A DNA stretch of 64,000 nucleotides, taken from an uncultured Holophagales bacterium (lineage in GTDB: Bacteria; Acidobacteriota; Thermoanaerobaculia; Multivoradales; UBA5704). Positions within the stretch are counted from its first letter, which is position 1, and each line of letters opens with the position of its first letter. The translations under genes and the position numbers were made by a program. The DNA lies in contig CAWJGT010000009.1 in the NCBI GenBank assembly GCA_963842525.1, positions 32,001 through 96,000 on the forward strand. The letters are read 5' to 3'. The notes below the pieces were generated by a model. That model worked only from the letters and a program-made list of their open reading frames with translations, had not been told where the DNA came from and did no database searches. Positions 51,651 to 61,876 of the stretch are shown in pieces.

Positions 51651-51672
51651 GTGGACGTCCTGAGCTCTGAAA

Positions 51673-51703
51673 CCGGCCTGCCAGGCGGGCCCTGGCGGGC
51701 CGG
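51673..51703 (+). promoter_or_regulatory. Intergenic stem-loop after the peptide gene
   Basis: CCGGCCTGCCAGG-CGGGC-CCTGGCGGGCCGG, a 13-bp stem with one G-U pair and no U-tract. Confidence 0.55.
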
Positions 51704-51714
51704 CTTGCACGAAA

Positions 51715-53553
51715 ATGGCTTACTCACTCGAACGACAACCTCTTCTTCAGCCGCGATCGGCTCCGGCGCAGCGCATGTGGCGCGTGGGCAGCCGGCCTTG
51801 CGCGCAGGGCCTTGAGCCCTGCGATCTTCGGCTTGCCGTCCGTCCGGACAACCTTGAGACATTCGCCTCTCTCAGGGCGATCTTGGACCAGTTGGCAGGG
51901 TTCGCGCGGCCGGAGCAGCGGCGGCAGCTCGACAAGCTGGAAGACTATCTTCGCGAGGCCTGTCCAGGACCTTCCAGCGACCAGGCTGGCAGCCACGGAC
52001 GGCTGCTCACGGATTCCGTAACTTTCGCGATCATGCGCCGGATCAGCCGGGAGAGCTTCTATACGGCCCGCGTGATCGATCTCAGCGCGAGGTTGATGAA
52101 CGAGATCCTCGGCCGGATCCCTGGCTGCACGCGGGTGCATGTCGAGGATGTGGACCGACTCGACCGGCCGACCCTCAAGGCGCTGGCCCGGGCGGTCCTC
52201 TTGGTGGAACAGAAGCATGGCTTCTCCTGGGTATGGCATTCGATGAGCGATCCGCTCGCCTCTCCGGCAGGGAGCGGCGAAGGCCTCTTCCTCGCTTCCC
52301 GGAAGCAGCTCCTCCGGCAGCTTGCCGAAATCCTCTCGCCGACGCTCTGCCGCGAAGCGGAACCGATACCCCTGAGCGTCGGACACGGCTGCAGCCCGGC
52401 TGCCATCGATCAGGTCAGCGCGGCGCTCGTCCTGCAGAACTACGATGCCTGCTTCCTCTGGCTCGAGCCCCTTCTGCAGAGCTGTGGCGGCCCCGAGCTG
52501 GCGGAGGGCCTGCGCCTCCTCTCGCTCGCCACGGTTAACATCGGCCGCATCCGGGAGGCTCTGGAACAGCTCAGCCTTGCCGAGGAGAAGACGGACCGGG
52601 GTGGGCGCCGGGCTCACCTCTGCTACCTCCAAGGCCTGATCGAGGCAAAGAGGGGCTACGACCTCGCCGCCAGCACGAGCCACTACCAGCGGGGCCTTGC
52701 CGCGCTCGGGCAAGGAGGAGCAGGAGAGGACCTCCCCCTGGAGCAAGGGTGGCTGCTCAACGGCCTGGCCCTCAACGAGGCGATCCTGTGGCGCCGGAAT
52801 GCGGCCGCGGTCGACCACTTCCACCGAGCGTTCTCACTCGAACGCGACGCCTTCGGCCTGGTGGCCGAAGGGAAGGACCCTGCGAGGACATACCTTCGCT
52901 TCAACCTCCTGGCCAATACGACCTTCCTCCTGGAGATCCAGGGCAACTATCCGCTCGCGATCGACACCTTCAAAAAGGTGTTCGAGCTCGAGTTGGAGGA
53001 TGCTTCGGAGAAAAGGGAACGCTGGCGCAGCACTGTCGGTTACCGGATCGGCGTCCTTCATTTTCGGGCTGGAGCCCTGGAGGAAGCACACCGGTGCCTG
53101 TGCGATGCCGCAGAGCAGGACTCCTACACGGAGAGCTGGGCGACCCAAGAGCGCATTCTGCGCGCCCGCGGTCTCGTCGAGCTCGATCTGGGTTCTCCCG
53201 AGCAGGCTGCCGGTACGTTCTCTCAGGGGCTGCAGATCTGCCGGGAGGCGCGCTCTGCCGAGGGGGCACGCGAGCACGGGCGTGGGCTGCTGGCCACACT
53301 GCTTGCGAACGGCAAAATGCGAGAGGCGCGGGACCTGGCGGGATGCCTCGCTTCTGAAGAGGGGGTAGACCTCGTCTCGGAGGGGGAGCTCGACCGCGCG
53401 CGAACCGGCGCGGCCCTGCGGCCGCGCCCTCCCTCGCCCAAGCTGCCTGCTTATTTTCCGGAAATCGACCTCGAAGGGATACCGTGCACCGATCTCAACC
53501 GGTTTCTTGGGAAGGCGCAGGATCGGGACCAGGTGGTCCCTTGGCGGGATTAG
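51715..53553 (+). CDS. Large TPR protein with a degenerate STAND-like N-terminus
   Basis: Walker-B-like HVEDVDRLDRPTL with no Walker A; multiple TPRs; C-terminal PSPKLPAYFPEIDLE..P..DLNRFL. Confidence 0.8.
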   Translation: MAYSLERQPLLQPRSAPAQRMWRVGSRPCAQGLEPCDLRLAVRPDNLETFASLRAILDQLAGFARPEQRRQLDKLEDYLREACPGPSSDQAGSHGRLLTDSVTFAIMRRISRESFYTARVIDLSARLMNEILGRIPGCTRVHVEDVDRLDRPTLKALARAVLLVEQKHGFSWVWHSMSDPLASPAGSGEGLFLASRKQLLRQLAEILSPTLCREAEPIPLSVGHGCSPAAIDQVSAALVLQNYDACFLWLEPLLQSCGGPELAEGLRLLSLATVNIGRIREALEQLSLAEEKTDRGGRRAHLCYLQGLIEAKRGYDLAASTSHYQRGLAALGQGGAGEDLPLEQGWLLNGLALNEAILWRRNAAAVDHFHRAFSLERDAFGLVAEGKDPARTYLRFNLLANTTFLLEIQGNYPLAIDTFKKVFELELEDASEKRERWRSTVGYRIGVLHFRAGALEEAHRCLCDAAEQDSYTESWATQERILRARGLVELDLGSPEQAAGTFSQGLQICREARSAEGAREHGRGLLATLLANGKMREARDLAGCLASEEGVDLVSEGELDRARTGAALRPRPPSPKLPAYFPEIDLEGIPCTDLNRFLGKAQDRDQVVPWRD

Positions 53554-54489
53554 ATGGAGACCGTGCTCTTGCTCGGTGCCGGCCATGTCGGCACTTTTTC
53601 CGCCCGCGCCGTCGCGGAGCAGGGCGCCCGGGTGGTCGCGGCCGACGTGCAGCCGGCCCCTGGATTCTTCTCACGTTTTGGGCCCAGGGAAGCGGCCGAT
53701 CTGATCGCCATTGACATCCTCGATCCGGGCGCGGTGGAACGCCTGATCAGAGCTCGTAGAGTGGATCGCGTCATCCTGGCGGCCGGCCCTACGCGCGAGG
53801 CGAGCGCGCGCGATCCCGAAAGGGTATGGCGGATCCATATCGAAGGCGCCCTCGCCGTCGGACGGGCTGCCCGCGCCACGGGTGTCCGACGCCTCGTTTA
53901 TGTCAGCAGCTTTGCGGTTTACGGCCGGCCGGAAGCCGATCGCATCGACGAGACGATGCCGGCTCGGCCCCGATCTGACTACGGTCGGGCCAAGGTGGCC
54001 GCGGAGGATGTGCTGATCCGGTTTCGTGACCAGGGGTTGGACGTCCGGATCCTACGTCCCTGCGGCCTCTACGGACCTCATCGTCCGGGAGCGGGGAGCC
54101 AGTCGGCCAAGGTGATCGACGATCTGCTCACGCACTCTCTGAGGGGTGAGAGGATGATGATCCAAGAACAGGCATTCGCGGACGAATTCCTCTATGTGAA
54201 AGACCTGGGTCGTGCCATTGCGCTTGCGACGCTCGGCGAGCCCCGTTCTGAGGACTGCGTCTTCAATGTCGGTCCCGGCCAGACGACGAGCGCGGCAGAG
54301 TTGTGCCGGGCCATGCGCCGCGCCGTGCCCGCGGCGCAGCTCGTCCTTCACGAAAGCGGGAACGCAAAACGCTTACCCTGCGCGCCGCTGCGGATCGAAC
54401 GCATCCGCGCCGCTCTCGGCTTCGAGCCGAGCTACAGCCTCTCCCGAGGGCTGTGCGATTACCTCCACGAGACCGGGCTGCGGCCATGA
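53554..54489 (+). CDS. NAD-dependent epimerase/dehydratase
   Basis: LLLGAGHVG, VYVSSFAVYG, YGRAK, FLYVKD, FNVG. Confidence 0.9.
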   Translation: METVLLLGAGHVGTFSARAVAEQGARVVAADVQPAPGFFSRFGPREAADLIAIDILDPGAVERLIRARRVDRVILAAGPTREASARDPERVWRIHIEGALAVGRAARATGVRRLVYVSSFAVYGRPEADRIDETMPARPRSDYGRAKVAAEDVLIRFRDQGLDVRILRPCGLYGPHRPGAGSQSAKVIDDLLTHSLRGERMMIQEQAFADEFLYVKDLGRAIALATLGEPRSEDCVFNVGPGQTTSAAELCRAMRRAVPAAQLVLHESGNAKRLPCAPLRIERIRAALGFEPSYSLSRGLCDYLHETGLRP

Positions 54490-55136
54490 CGGCGCTTTCC
54501 GAGCCGCTCGGCAGGCTCGCCGTGAGCCGGATCGAGGATGTCAGGCCGGCGACCGTGCTGGGCATCTGCGCGAGCCTGAAACCGGCACCGGGACGTCAGG
54601 GGCGGTCCGCGGTGCGCTCGCTCCTTACCTTTGCGCTCGACCACCTGGCCAACGTCTACCCCGAGGTGGCCCTCCTCGACCTGCGGGACCACCCGCCGCC
54701 TTCCTTCGACGGGAGGATGCCCCACGACTACGACGATCCGGTGTTGCAGCTCCTCTGGCCGTGCGTGGACCGGGCAGGAGCGTTGCTGCTCGCCGTCCCC
54801 GCCTACTGGTCGGGGGTCTCCGGAGTCTTCAAGAACTTCGTCGACGTCCTTTGCGGCCCGGCGTATGACCTCGAGTGCCCAAGCGTTACCGTCTTCTCCA
54901 ACAAGCCGGTCGGCCTTCTGGTCGTCGGCGCAGAGGAGGCCAGCACTCGTGCCGGCGCGGACCAGGCCCGGATGACCCTCCTCGCAACGGGAGCCCGGCT
55001 GGTGGGGCAGCCGGTCCTTGTCGCCGATCCACGCTCCCGTCCAATGCAGATCGAGCTCGTCTCCCGCGAGCTCGCAGCGCTCGCCGGAGAGCTCGCCCAG
55101 CACGCCTATGGCCAGGTCGTCCGGGAGGGTCCGTGA
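54486..55136 (+). CDS. NADPH-dependent FMN reductase
   Basis: GICASL, PAYWSGVSGVFKNFVD, KPVGL. Confidence 0.88.
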   Translation: MTALSEPLGRLAVSRIEDVRPATVLGICASLKPAPGRQGRSAVRSLLTFALDHLANVYPEVALLDLRDHPPPSFDGRMPHDYDDPVLQLLWPCVDRAGALLLAVPAYWSGVSGVFKNFVDVLCGPAYDLECPSVTVFSNKPVGLLVVGAEEASTRAGADQARMTLLATGARLVGQPVLVADPRSRPMQIELVSRELAALAGELAQHAYGQVVREGP

Positions 55137-56252
55137 GTCACATTCCCGGCCGGGCGACTGCGGAGGGCACGAGGCGCTTCACCCGCCGGTTTTCTCGGGT
55201 GGCCCCGGAGTTCTTCCGCCTCACCGGGGACCTGACCGTTTCATCGGTGGGGCTGGGTACGTTTCCGGGACGGGCCGACGAAAGTACCGACGCAGGATAT
55301 GCGGCTGCGATCGAGCGGGCGCTGGAGTTGGGATGCAATGTGATCGACACCTCTGTGGCCTATCGCCACCAGCGCAGCGAACGTGTGATCGGGAAGACGC
55401 TGGCACGGCTCATCGGCTGCGGGAAACAGGACCGCGATTCAATGGTGGTCGCTTCGAAGGCCGGTTTCATCCCCTTCGACAGCGAATATCCTGGAAGCCC
55501 CGGGCAGTACTTCGAGGAGACTTTCATACGCACCGGCATCGTCGACCCGGCGGAAGTGGTCGGCCGAGGGCACTGCCTGGCTCCTGGATTCCTGCGGCAT
55601 CAGATCGCGACGAGCCGGCGGAACCTGTGCTGCGCAACGGTCGACATCTACTTTCTCCATAATCCAGAAACACAGCTCCGCGAAGTGGACAGGCTGGGAT
55701 TCCGAACCCGGCTCCTGACCGCTTTCGAAACCCTGGAGCGCGCAGTCGCCGACGGGAGCATCGGCATGTACGGGGTGTCGACCTGGAGCGGCTTTCGTTC
55801 TCTTCCGGAGTCTGGAGACTATCTGCCCCTGTGTGACCTCGTCCGCTGGGCGGCCGAGGTCGGCGGCCCGGATCACCATTTCCGGGTGATCATGGTGCCT
55901 TTCAATCTGGCCATGCCAGAGGCGTTCGCCCTTTCGAACCAGCGGCCCTCCAGGGAGCTCCCCCTGGACCTCCCTGCTTCGGGCGGCGGCCGATCTCGGG
56001 ATCACCGTGCTGGCTGGCGCCTCGCTGCACCAAGCCCGCCTCACTTGCGGCCTGCCCGCGGAGGTCCATGCCACGGTCGGAGGGGAGCTGCCCAGCAACG
56101 CGCAACGGGCCCTGCAATTCGTACGCTCGGCGCCGGGGCTCACGACTGCTCTCGTCGGAATGAGCCGCACCGAGCACGTCGAGGAGAACCTGGCTCTCGC
56201 TGCGGTCCCTCCGCTGTCCGACGGCTGCTTCGACGAGCTCTTCGATCCCTGA
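55133..56252 (+). CDS. Aldo/keto reductase; frameshift near 55960
   Basis: SSVGLGT, IDTSVAYR..RSE, VASKAG, DIYFLHNPE, ALVGMS..EHVEENL. Confidence 0.88.
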
Positions 56253-56277
56253 GGATTTCGATTCCGGAGGTGCTGAC

Positions 56278-57369
56278 ATGACAGAGACGACGACCCAAGC
56301 GCAACCGCGGACCTTCCCGGGTGGGGTGGATCCGTCCGTCCTGCTGAAAGGAGGAGAGGCTCAGGCGTTGCTGGCGAGACACTCCGAAGCGGCGCACAGT
56401 TTCCGGCAGGCCATCGCCAGCGCGGAGGAGGCTCTGCGGGCGGACCCGGAGGACACGGCCGCGCGATGGGCGCAGGCCCGGGCGCTGCTCTGCCTCGGCC
56501 GGCTGCAGAGCGCTCTGACCCAGCGCGACGAAGCGAGGTCCACGTTCAGGCAGGCGATCGGCGTGCATGAAGAGGTTCTTCGCCGGATCCCCGGCGAGAC
56601 CGTTTCGCGCCACGAGCAGATCTTCATGCTGCTCAGCCTGGGCCGGCTCCATGCCGGGATCGGAGAGCCTGAAACGGCAGCCGCTTACTACCAGCGGGCC
56701 GGCGTTCTAGGATGCGACGCGCTGCGGGCAAGCCCTGATGACGAAGGAGCCCGCGGTCACATGGCGAGCACGTTCGCAAGCCTCGGTCGACTGCAGGCGA
56801 AGCTCTCCCAGCCCGGGCAAGCGTCGCAGAGCTATCGCGCGGCCCTCCTTCACTTCGACGAGCTTTTGCGGCGCGCGCCCGAGAATCCGAAAGTGCACTC
56901 CGGACGGGCGAGCACGTGGTTGAGCCTGGGCCGCCTGCAGGCCTCTCTGGCCGAGAAGGACGAGGCGGTCGAGTCCTTTCAGGCCGCTGTCTCCGCATAT
57001 GACGAGGTTTTGCGGCGCGCTCCCGGAGACGTGTCGGCCCTGGTCAACCGGGGGAACGCCCTCGCCCGGCTGGCGGAGATGCAGGCCGAGCTTTCGCGGC
57101 CTGATCAGGCGGAGGAGAGCTGCAAGCGGTCGATCTCCTCATCCGACCTCGCCCTGCAACGAGCACCGGCTTCCGCGGACGCCCACAGCAACAAGGGCAG
57201 TGCGCTGTTAAGCCTCGGCCGTCTGCAGAGCGGCTGGGGAGACAGCGAGGCGGCCGTCAGCACTTTCCGAATGGCTCTCGAGGAATTCGAGCGGTCCCTC
57301 GAGATCGCTCCCGACAATGACGAGGTCCGCAGCCTCCAGGAACGCCTCCGGGCCATCCTGGAGTGGTGA
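56278..57369 (+). CDS. Tetratricopeptide repeat protein
   Basis: About seven repeats of L.SLGRLQ...A...(F/Y)..A...DE.LRRAP. Confidence 0.88.
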   Translation: MTETTTQAQPRTFPGGVDPSVLLKGGEAQALLARHSEAAHSFRQAIASAEEALRADPEDTAARWAQARALLCLGRLQSALTQRDEARSTFRQAIGVHEEVLRRIPGETVSRHEQIFMLLSLGRLHAGIGEPETAAAYYQRAGVLGCDALRASPDDEGARGHMASTFASLGRLQAKLSQPGQASQSYRAALLHFDELLRRAPENPKVHSGRASTWLSLGRLQASLAEKDEAVESFQAAVSAYDEVLRRAPGDVSALVNRGNALARLAEMQAELSRPDQAEESCKRSISSSDLALQRAPASADAHSNKGSALLSLGRLQSGWGDSEAAVSTFRMALEEFERSLEIAPDNDEVRSLQERLRAILEW

Positions 57370-57395
57370 GCTGAGCCCGCCACGCCGGAGGTGCC

Positions 57396-58055
57396 GTGAA
57401 CAAGACCGACTTCGTGCGGCAAGAGGGCTACCTGTCTCCCGCCGTGCAGCAGCTTCTCTTTTCTCTACCCAGGCGCTGCGAGTTCCTGGTCACCCATGCG
57501 GGCCCGCCTGCGAAGCGCATTCTCGACGTGGGCTGCGCCGGCGGGCATATCGCACTCCTGCTGATGAGACTGGGCCACGATGTAACGGGGATCGAGCTGA
57601 ACGCCGAGATGGCCGCGGAGGCCCGCGCCCGCGGCGTCCAGGTCCTGGAACACGACCTGGAGGAGCCGCTGCCGTTGCCGGACGCGTCCATCGAGGTGGT
57701 CCACGCCTGCGAAATTATCGAGCACCTGTTCGACACGGAAGGATTCCTGAAGGAGTTGCATCGCGTTCTGGCGCCCGATGGTGTCCTGATCCTCAGCACA
57801 CCGAACCTCAACAGCCTGAGGAACCGATTCCGCGTCCTGTTCGGGCTGCACCTGCCCATGTGGGGTGCCTTCCCGGAGGACCGGCACGGCTGTCATGTGC
57901 GGGTGCTCAACCGCACCAAGGTCGCCCATCTGCTCGCGCGGACGGGTTTCCGCCTCGAGCTCGTCCTGGGCATGAACCAGTCGCGGTGGCGCTATCTGCT
58001 GGATCACTTTCCGACCTGGAGCGAGATGCTTCTGATCAAGGCACGGAGGGCCTGA
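57396..58055 (+). CDS. Class I SAM-dependent methyltransferase
   Basis: ILDVGCAGG, GIEL, EIIEHL, RVLAPDGVLILSTPN. Confidence 0.92.
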   Translation: MNKTDFVRQEGYLSPAVQQLLFSLPRRCEFLVTHAGPPAKRILDVGCAGGHIALLLMRLGHDVTGIELNAEMAAEARARGVQVLEHDLEEPLPLPDASIEVVHACEIIEHLFDTEGFLKELHRVLAPDGVLILSTPNLNSLRNRFRVLFGLHLPMWGAFPEDRHGCHVRVLNRTKVAHLLARTGFRLELVLGMNQSRWRYLLDHFPTWSEMLLIKARRA

Positions 58056-58060
58056 TCGCG

Positions 58061-58777
58061 ATGACCGCCCCGAGGATCGGCTCACCTGCATGGGAAGAGC
58101 CACCAACCTACGAGGACATCGTCGATGTAGTCATCGGATTCCTCCGGCAGAAGAAAGCGCTGCCCGGCCAGGGGCCACAGACTCCCTGGGACGCCTTCCT
58201 GCGGCTCTCCGACCGGGTCCATGAGACCTACGAGGTCCCTGCGACGACGCTCACCCCCGTGATGCGGCGCCTCCTCTTCGCCTTGGGCTTCGCCGCCCGC
58301 CCGCGATGCCTCGCCGGAATCGGCGTCTACGTTGGATACGCTTGGTCCTGGCTGCTCCGGGACCGCACCGATCTTGCAGCGTCCCCCTTCTTCGAGAGTG
58401 CCGTGGGGGTTGACCTGGATGCCGATGCGGTCTGTTTGGCGGCGCGGAACTGTGCCGTGCTCGGGCATGGCGATCGTCTGCGTTTCCTGAAATCCGACGG
58501 AGTCCGTGCGCTCCGCCACTGGGACGGGGAGGTCGACCTCCTCTATCTGGACATCGACGACGAGCAGAAAGGCAAATCCGGCTATCGTGACGTCGTCTCT
58601 GCTGCTTTACCGTTCATGCGCTCCGGTGCGCTCGTCCTGGCTCATGACCCTTGTGTTCCGCGCTTTCAGGAGGATTTCAAAATCTATCATGATTTCGTAC
58701 GGACCTCGGGGCGCTTCGAGGGCCTGTGGGTGCTTCCGGTCGACCCGTGCGGCCTGTCCGTCGCTCTGGCGCGCTGA
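58061..58777 (+). CDS. O-methyltransferase-like protein
   Basis: GIGVYVGY, GVDLD, DG, DLLYLDID....K..Y, MRSGALVLAHD. Confidence 0.82.
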   Translation: MTAPRIGSPAWEEPPTYEDIVDVVIGFLRQKKALPGQGPQTPWDAFLRLSDRVHETYEVPATTLTPVMRRLLFALGFAARPRCLAGIGVYVGYAWSWLLRDRTDLAASPFFESAVGVDLDADAVCLAARNCAVLGHGDRLRFLKSDGVRALRHWDGEVDLLYLDIDDEQKGKSGYRDVVSAALPFMRSGALVLAHDPCVPRFQEDFKIYHDFVRTSGRFEGLWVLPVDPCGLSVALAR

Positions 58778-58780
58778 GGC

Positions 58781-59825
58781 ATGGAACCTATCGCCGATCT
58801 GGGCCTGGGTCACCTCCGGATCCGCGGGCCGGAGGACATGGAAAGGCCGGCGATCAGCGCGGGCTATGGTCCGGCTGAGGGCCTCCGGGAAGCTCCGCGA
58901 GGCGATCGCGGCATGGGAAGGGGTCTCGGTCGAGGAGGTCTGCGTCACAACGGGAGCCTCCCTCGGTCTCGTGGCAGCCTTGACCGGACTGCCTCGTCCC
59001 TGCTCCGTTCTGTGCCCCCGTCCCTATTATCCTGCGTATCCTTCACTGGCCGAGTTGCTCGGTCTGAAAACCCTGTTCTATGACCTGGAGCCGGAGCTCG
59101 GATGGCAGCCCGATCCGCTGGCCCTCGCGCGCCTTCTGCGTGAAGACTCGCGGGCCCTGCTGTGGAATTTCCCGAGCAATCCAACCGGAACGATCCCGGA
59201 CCCCGCAGTTCTCGCCAAGGTGCGGGAGCTCGTGCAAGAGGCCAACCTGCTGGTGCTCAGCGACGAGGTCTATGCTGATTTCATCTATGACGGCCATGCC
59301 TTTCCGGACATGCGGGCAGCCCTCGGGCACTCTCACGCGATCCGGCTGCGGAGCTTTTCCAAGCTCTTCAGGATGGCGGGGGAGCGTTTGGGTTACGTGA
59401 TCGGCGATCCTGATCGCTTGCGCGGTATCCGCCGCAATCACTGGCTGCTGGCGATGTCGCCGCCCGCAGCGGCACAGGCCCTGGCCCTCGCGGGAATGCG
59501 CCTCGATCTGTCCCGGCAGACCGGGGAGCTGCGCAGAGAGCTCTCCGTTTTGCGCGATCTGGCAGCACGCATTCTGGATGGCTGTGGCAGAGTCCGCTTT
59601 TCCAGGCCGCCGGCCGGCATCTTCTACTGGATCGAGGTCCTGGGTTGCCCGATCGATTCTCGGGCCCTCGTCCGGCTCTGCGCGGAGGAGGCCGGGGTGC
59701 TCGTCCAACCGGGAGCGGTTTTCGGCATCGGAGAGCCTGTCTACCTGCGGGCGTCGTTCGCCGTGGAGCGGGACGAGATGGGCCGCGGTTTCGAGTCACT
59801 GGTGAATCTGTTGGAGCGCCTGTGA
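58781..59825 (+). CDS. PLP-dependent aminotransferase class I/II; frameshift near 58880
   Basis: LREAIA, VTTGA, NFPSNPTG, SDEVY, SFSKLFRMAGERLGY. Confidence 0.9.
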
Positions 59826-59875
59826 GCCGGCGTGCGCGGCCACCATAGAGGATCTGACATATAGGAGGCCGAGAG

Positions 59876-60451
59876 ATGCGTGGACCTGTGCAGATTCTAT
59901 TGATCAGTGGCAGCCTCCGACAGATATCGTACACTCGCGTGCTCGCAAACGAGGCCCAGACGGCTCTGGACCGGCGGGGTGTGAGGACGATCCACTGGAG
60001 CTTGAGCGAGACGGCGCTTCCGATTGCCGATCCGGCCTTCCACGACGATCCGGCGAGTCACCCCGACAGAGCCGTCCGCAGCCTCGTGACCGCCGCGGAC
60101 GAAAGCGATGCGTTCATCCTCGCCTCTCCGATCTACCACAACTCATACTCAGGCGTGCTCAAGAACGCACTGGATCACCTTGCTATTGCACAATTCCGCT
60201 ACAAGCCTGTGGGATTGATGAGCCATGGCGGAAACCGTAGCCCTCAGGCGGTAGATCACCTGCGGATCGTGGTCCGTGGGCTCCTGGGGGTCGCGACTCC
60301 GACACAGGTCTGTACAGCGGCTTCCGACTTTCAGATGGCCTCCGAAGGGTATGCGCTCCAATCCGAAGACATCTTGCAGAGAATCGAACGCTTCGCCCTG
60401 GAGCTGGTCGTCTTCGCAGAGGCCTTCCGCGACCTCCGCAGAGCCGGCTGA
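59876..60451 (+). CDS. NADPH-dependent FMN reductase (azoreductase-like)
   Basis: ISGSLR..SYT, SPIYHNSYSGVLKNALD, KPVGL. Confidence 0.92.
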   Translation: MRGPVQILLISGSLRQISYTRVLANEAQTALDRRGVRTIHWSLSETALPIADPAFHDDPASHPDRAVRSLVTAADESDAFILASPIYHNSYSGVLKNALDHLAIAQFRYKPVGLMSHGGNRSPQAVDHLRIVVRGLLGVATPTQVCTAASDFQMASEGYALQSEDILQRIERFALELVVFAEAFRDLRRAG

Positions 60452-60715
60452 GAAGGAGGCGGCTCCCGGGCGAGGGAACTCGCAGACGAGACCGGGAACC
60501 CCTCCCCTGCGGCTCCGCTCGGGGCCTGTGCAATTTCAGTGCCTTTAAGTGAAGAAACGACGAAGCAGGTGCGCACGGACCCGGGCCGGAGCGCGCGCAG
60601 GGGCACCGAAATGGAACCGCCGGCTCCGTCACCAGGAGATCGAGGAGCGTCCGGCCGATCTGTGCTGTAATAGAGGCCGACCGAATCAACCGACCCGAAC
60701 CGGAGGGACACGCGA

Positions 60716-61606
60716 ATGGGCAAGAGGATCTTCCTCTTTCTGTTGACCAACCTGGCTGTCGTGGTGGTGCTCTCGACGATCCTGAGCCTGCTCGGGGTGG
60801 GGAGCTACATCGGTGCCGACGGCAGCCTCCAGCTCGTGCCGCTGGCGATTTTCTGTTTCGTCTGGGGCATGGGCGGCGCCTTCATCTCCCTGCAGTTGTC
60901 GCGCTGGATCGCCAAGCGGGCCATGGGCATTCAGCTCGTGAACGGCCAGATGGGGCATGCCGAGCTCGACTGGCTCCACACCACGGTGGCGAACCTGGCG
61001 CGGCAGGCGAACCTGCCGATGCCGGAGGTCGGCTATTACGAGTCGGCGGAGGTCAACGCCTTCGCGACCGGTCCCAGCAAGAAGCGCAGCCTGGTGGCGG
61101 TGTCGACCGGGCTGCTGGGGAACATGACCCACCCGGAGGTCGAAGCGGTGCTGGCGCATGAGGTCGGCCACATCGCCAACGGCGACATGGTCACGATGAC
61201 GCTCCTCCAGGGGGTCATCAACGCCTTCGTCCTCTTCTTCGCGCGGGTCGCGGCCTTCGCGGTGCGTCTGGCCGTCCCCGAGAAGCTCGCCTGGATCGCC
61301 GGCTTCGTCACCATGATCGTGCTGCAGATCGTGCTGGGCATCCTCGGCTCGCTGGTGACCGCCTGGTACTCGCGCCAGCGGGAGTTCCGGGCCGACGTCG
61401 CGGGCGCCACCCTGGGCAGCCGGGACGGCATGATCTCGGCCCTGCGCCGGCTGATGACCACGACCGAGCGGATCGACACCTCGAACGCCGCCCTGGCCAC
61501 GATGAAGATCGCAGGCAAGAAGAGCTGGCTCCACGCCTTCTCCACCCACCCGCCGCTCGAAGAGCGCATCGCCGCCCTCGAAACCGGCCGGTACCAGGCT
61601 CGCTGA
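60716..61606 (+). CDS. htpX: Protease HtpX
   Basis: KRIFLFLLTNLAV, NAFATG, AHEVGHIANGDMVTMTLLQG, SRQREFRAD, STHPPLEERI. Confidence 0.96.
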   Translation: MGKRIFLFLLTNLAVVVVLSTILSLLGVGSYIGADGSLQLVPLAIFCFVWGMGGAFISLQLSRWIAKRAMGIQLVNGQMGHAELDWLHTTVANLARQANLPMPEVGYYESAEVNAFATGPSKKRSLVAVSTGLLGNMTHPEVEAVLAHEVGHIANGDMVTMTLLQGVINAFVLFFARVAAFAVRLAVPEKLAWIAGFVTMIVLQIVLGILGSLVTAWYSRQREFRADVAGATLGSRDGMISALRRLMTTTERIDTSNAALATMKIAGKKSWLHAFSTHPPLEERIAALETGRYQAR

Positions 61607-61743
61607 TCCACTTCCATCTGGCTCCTTCCCTCCCTCCTCCCGGTGCCGGGGGGAGGGGGCGTCTCGGCTCACGCCGTCTGCCAATCGGGTACGAACCAGA
61701 CGGGGCCGGGGGGCCCGCGCATCGCGTCTACCGTCCTGCAGAA

Positions 61744-61842
61744 GTGAGTAAGCCCCTCCGTCTCGAGGAGGAGGCCGATGCGGAGGTGGAGGATGCGACC
61801 CGCTGGTACGAGCAAAGACGGCCAGGCCTCGGGCGCGGCTGA
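61744..61842 (+). pseudogene. Truncated ParE-family toxin N-terminus
   Basis: MSKPLRLEEEADAEVEDATRWYEQRRPGLG, then a stop. Confidence 0.6.
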
Positions 61843-61876
61843 GCCGGATCGGATAGCTGCGGCGCCCACCAGTCCC

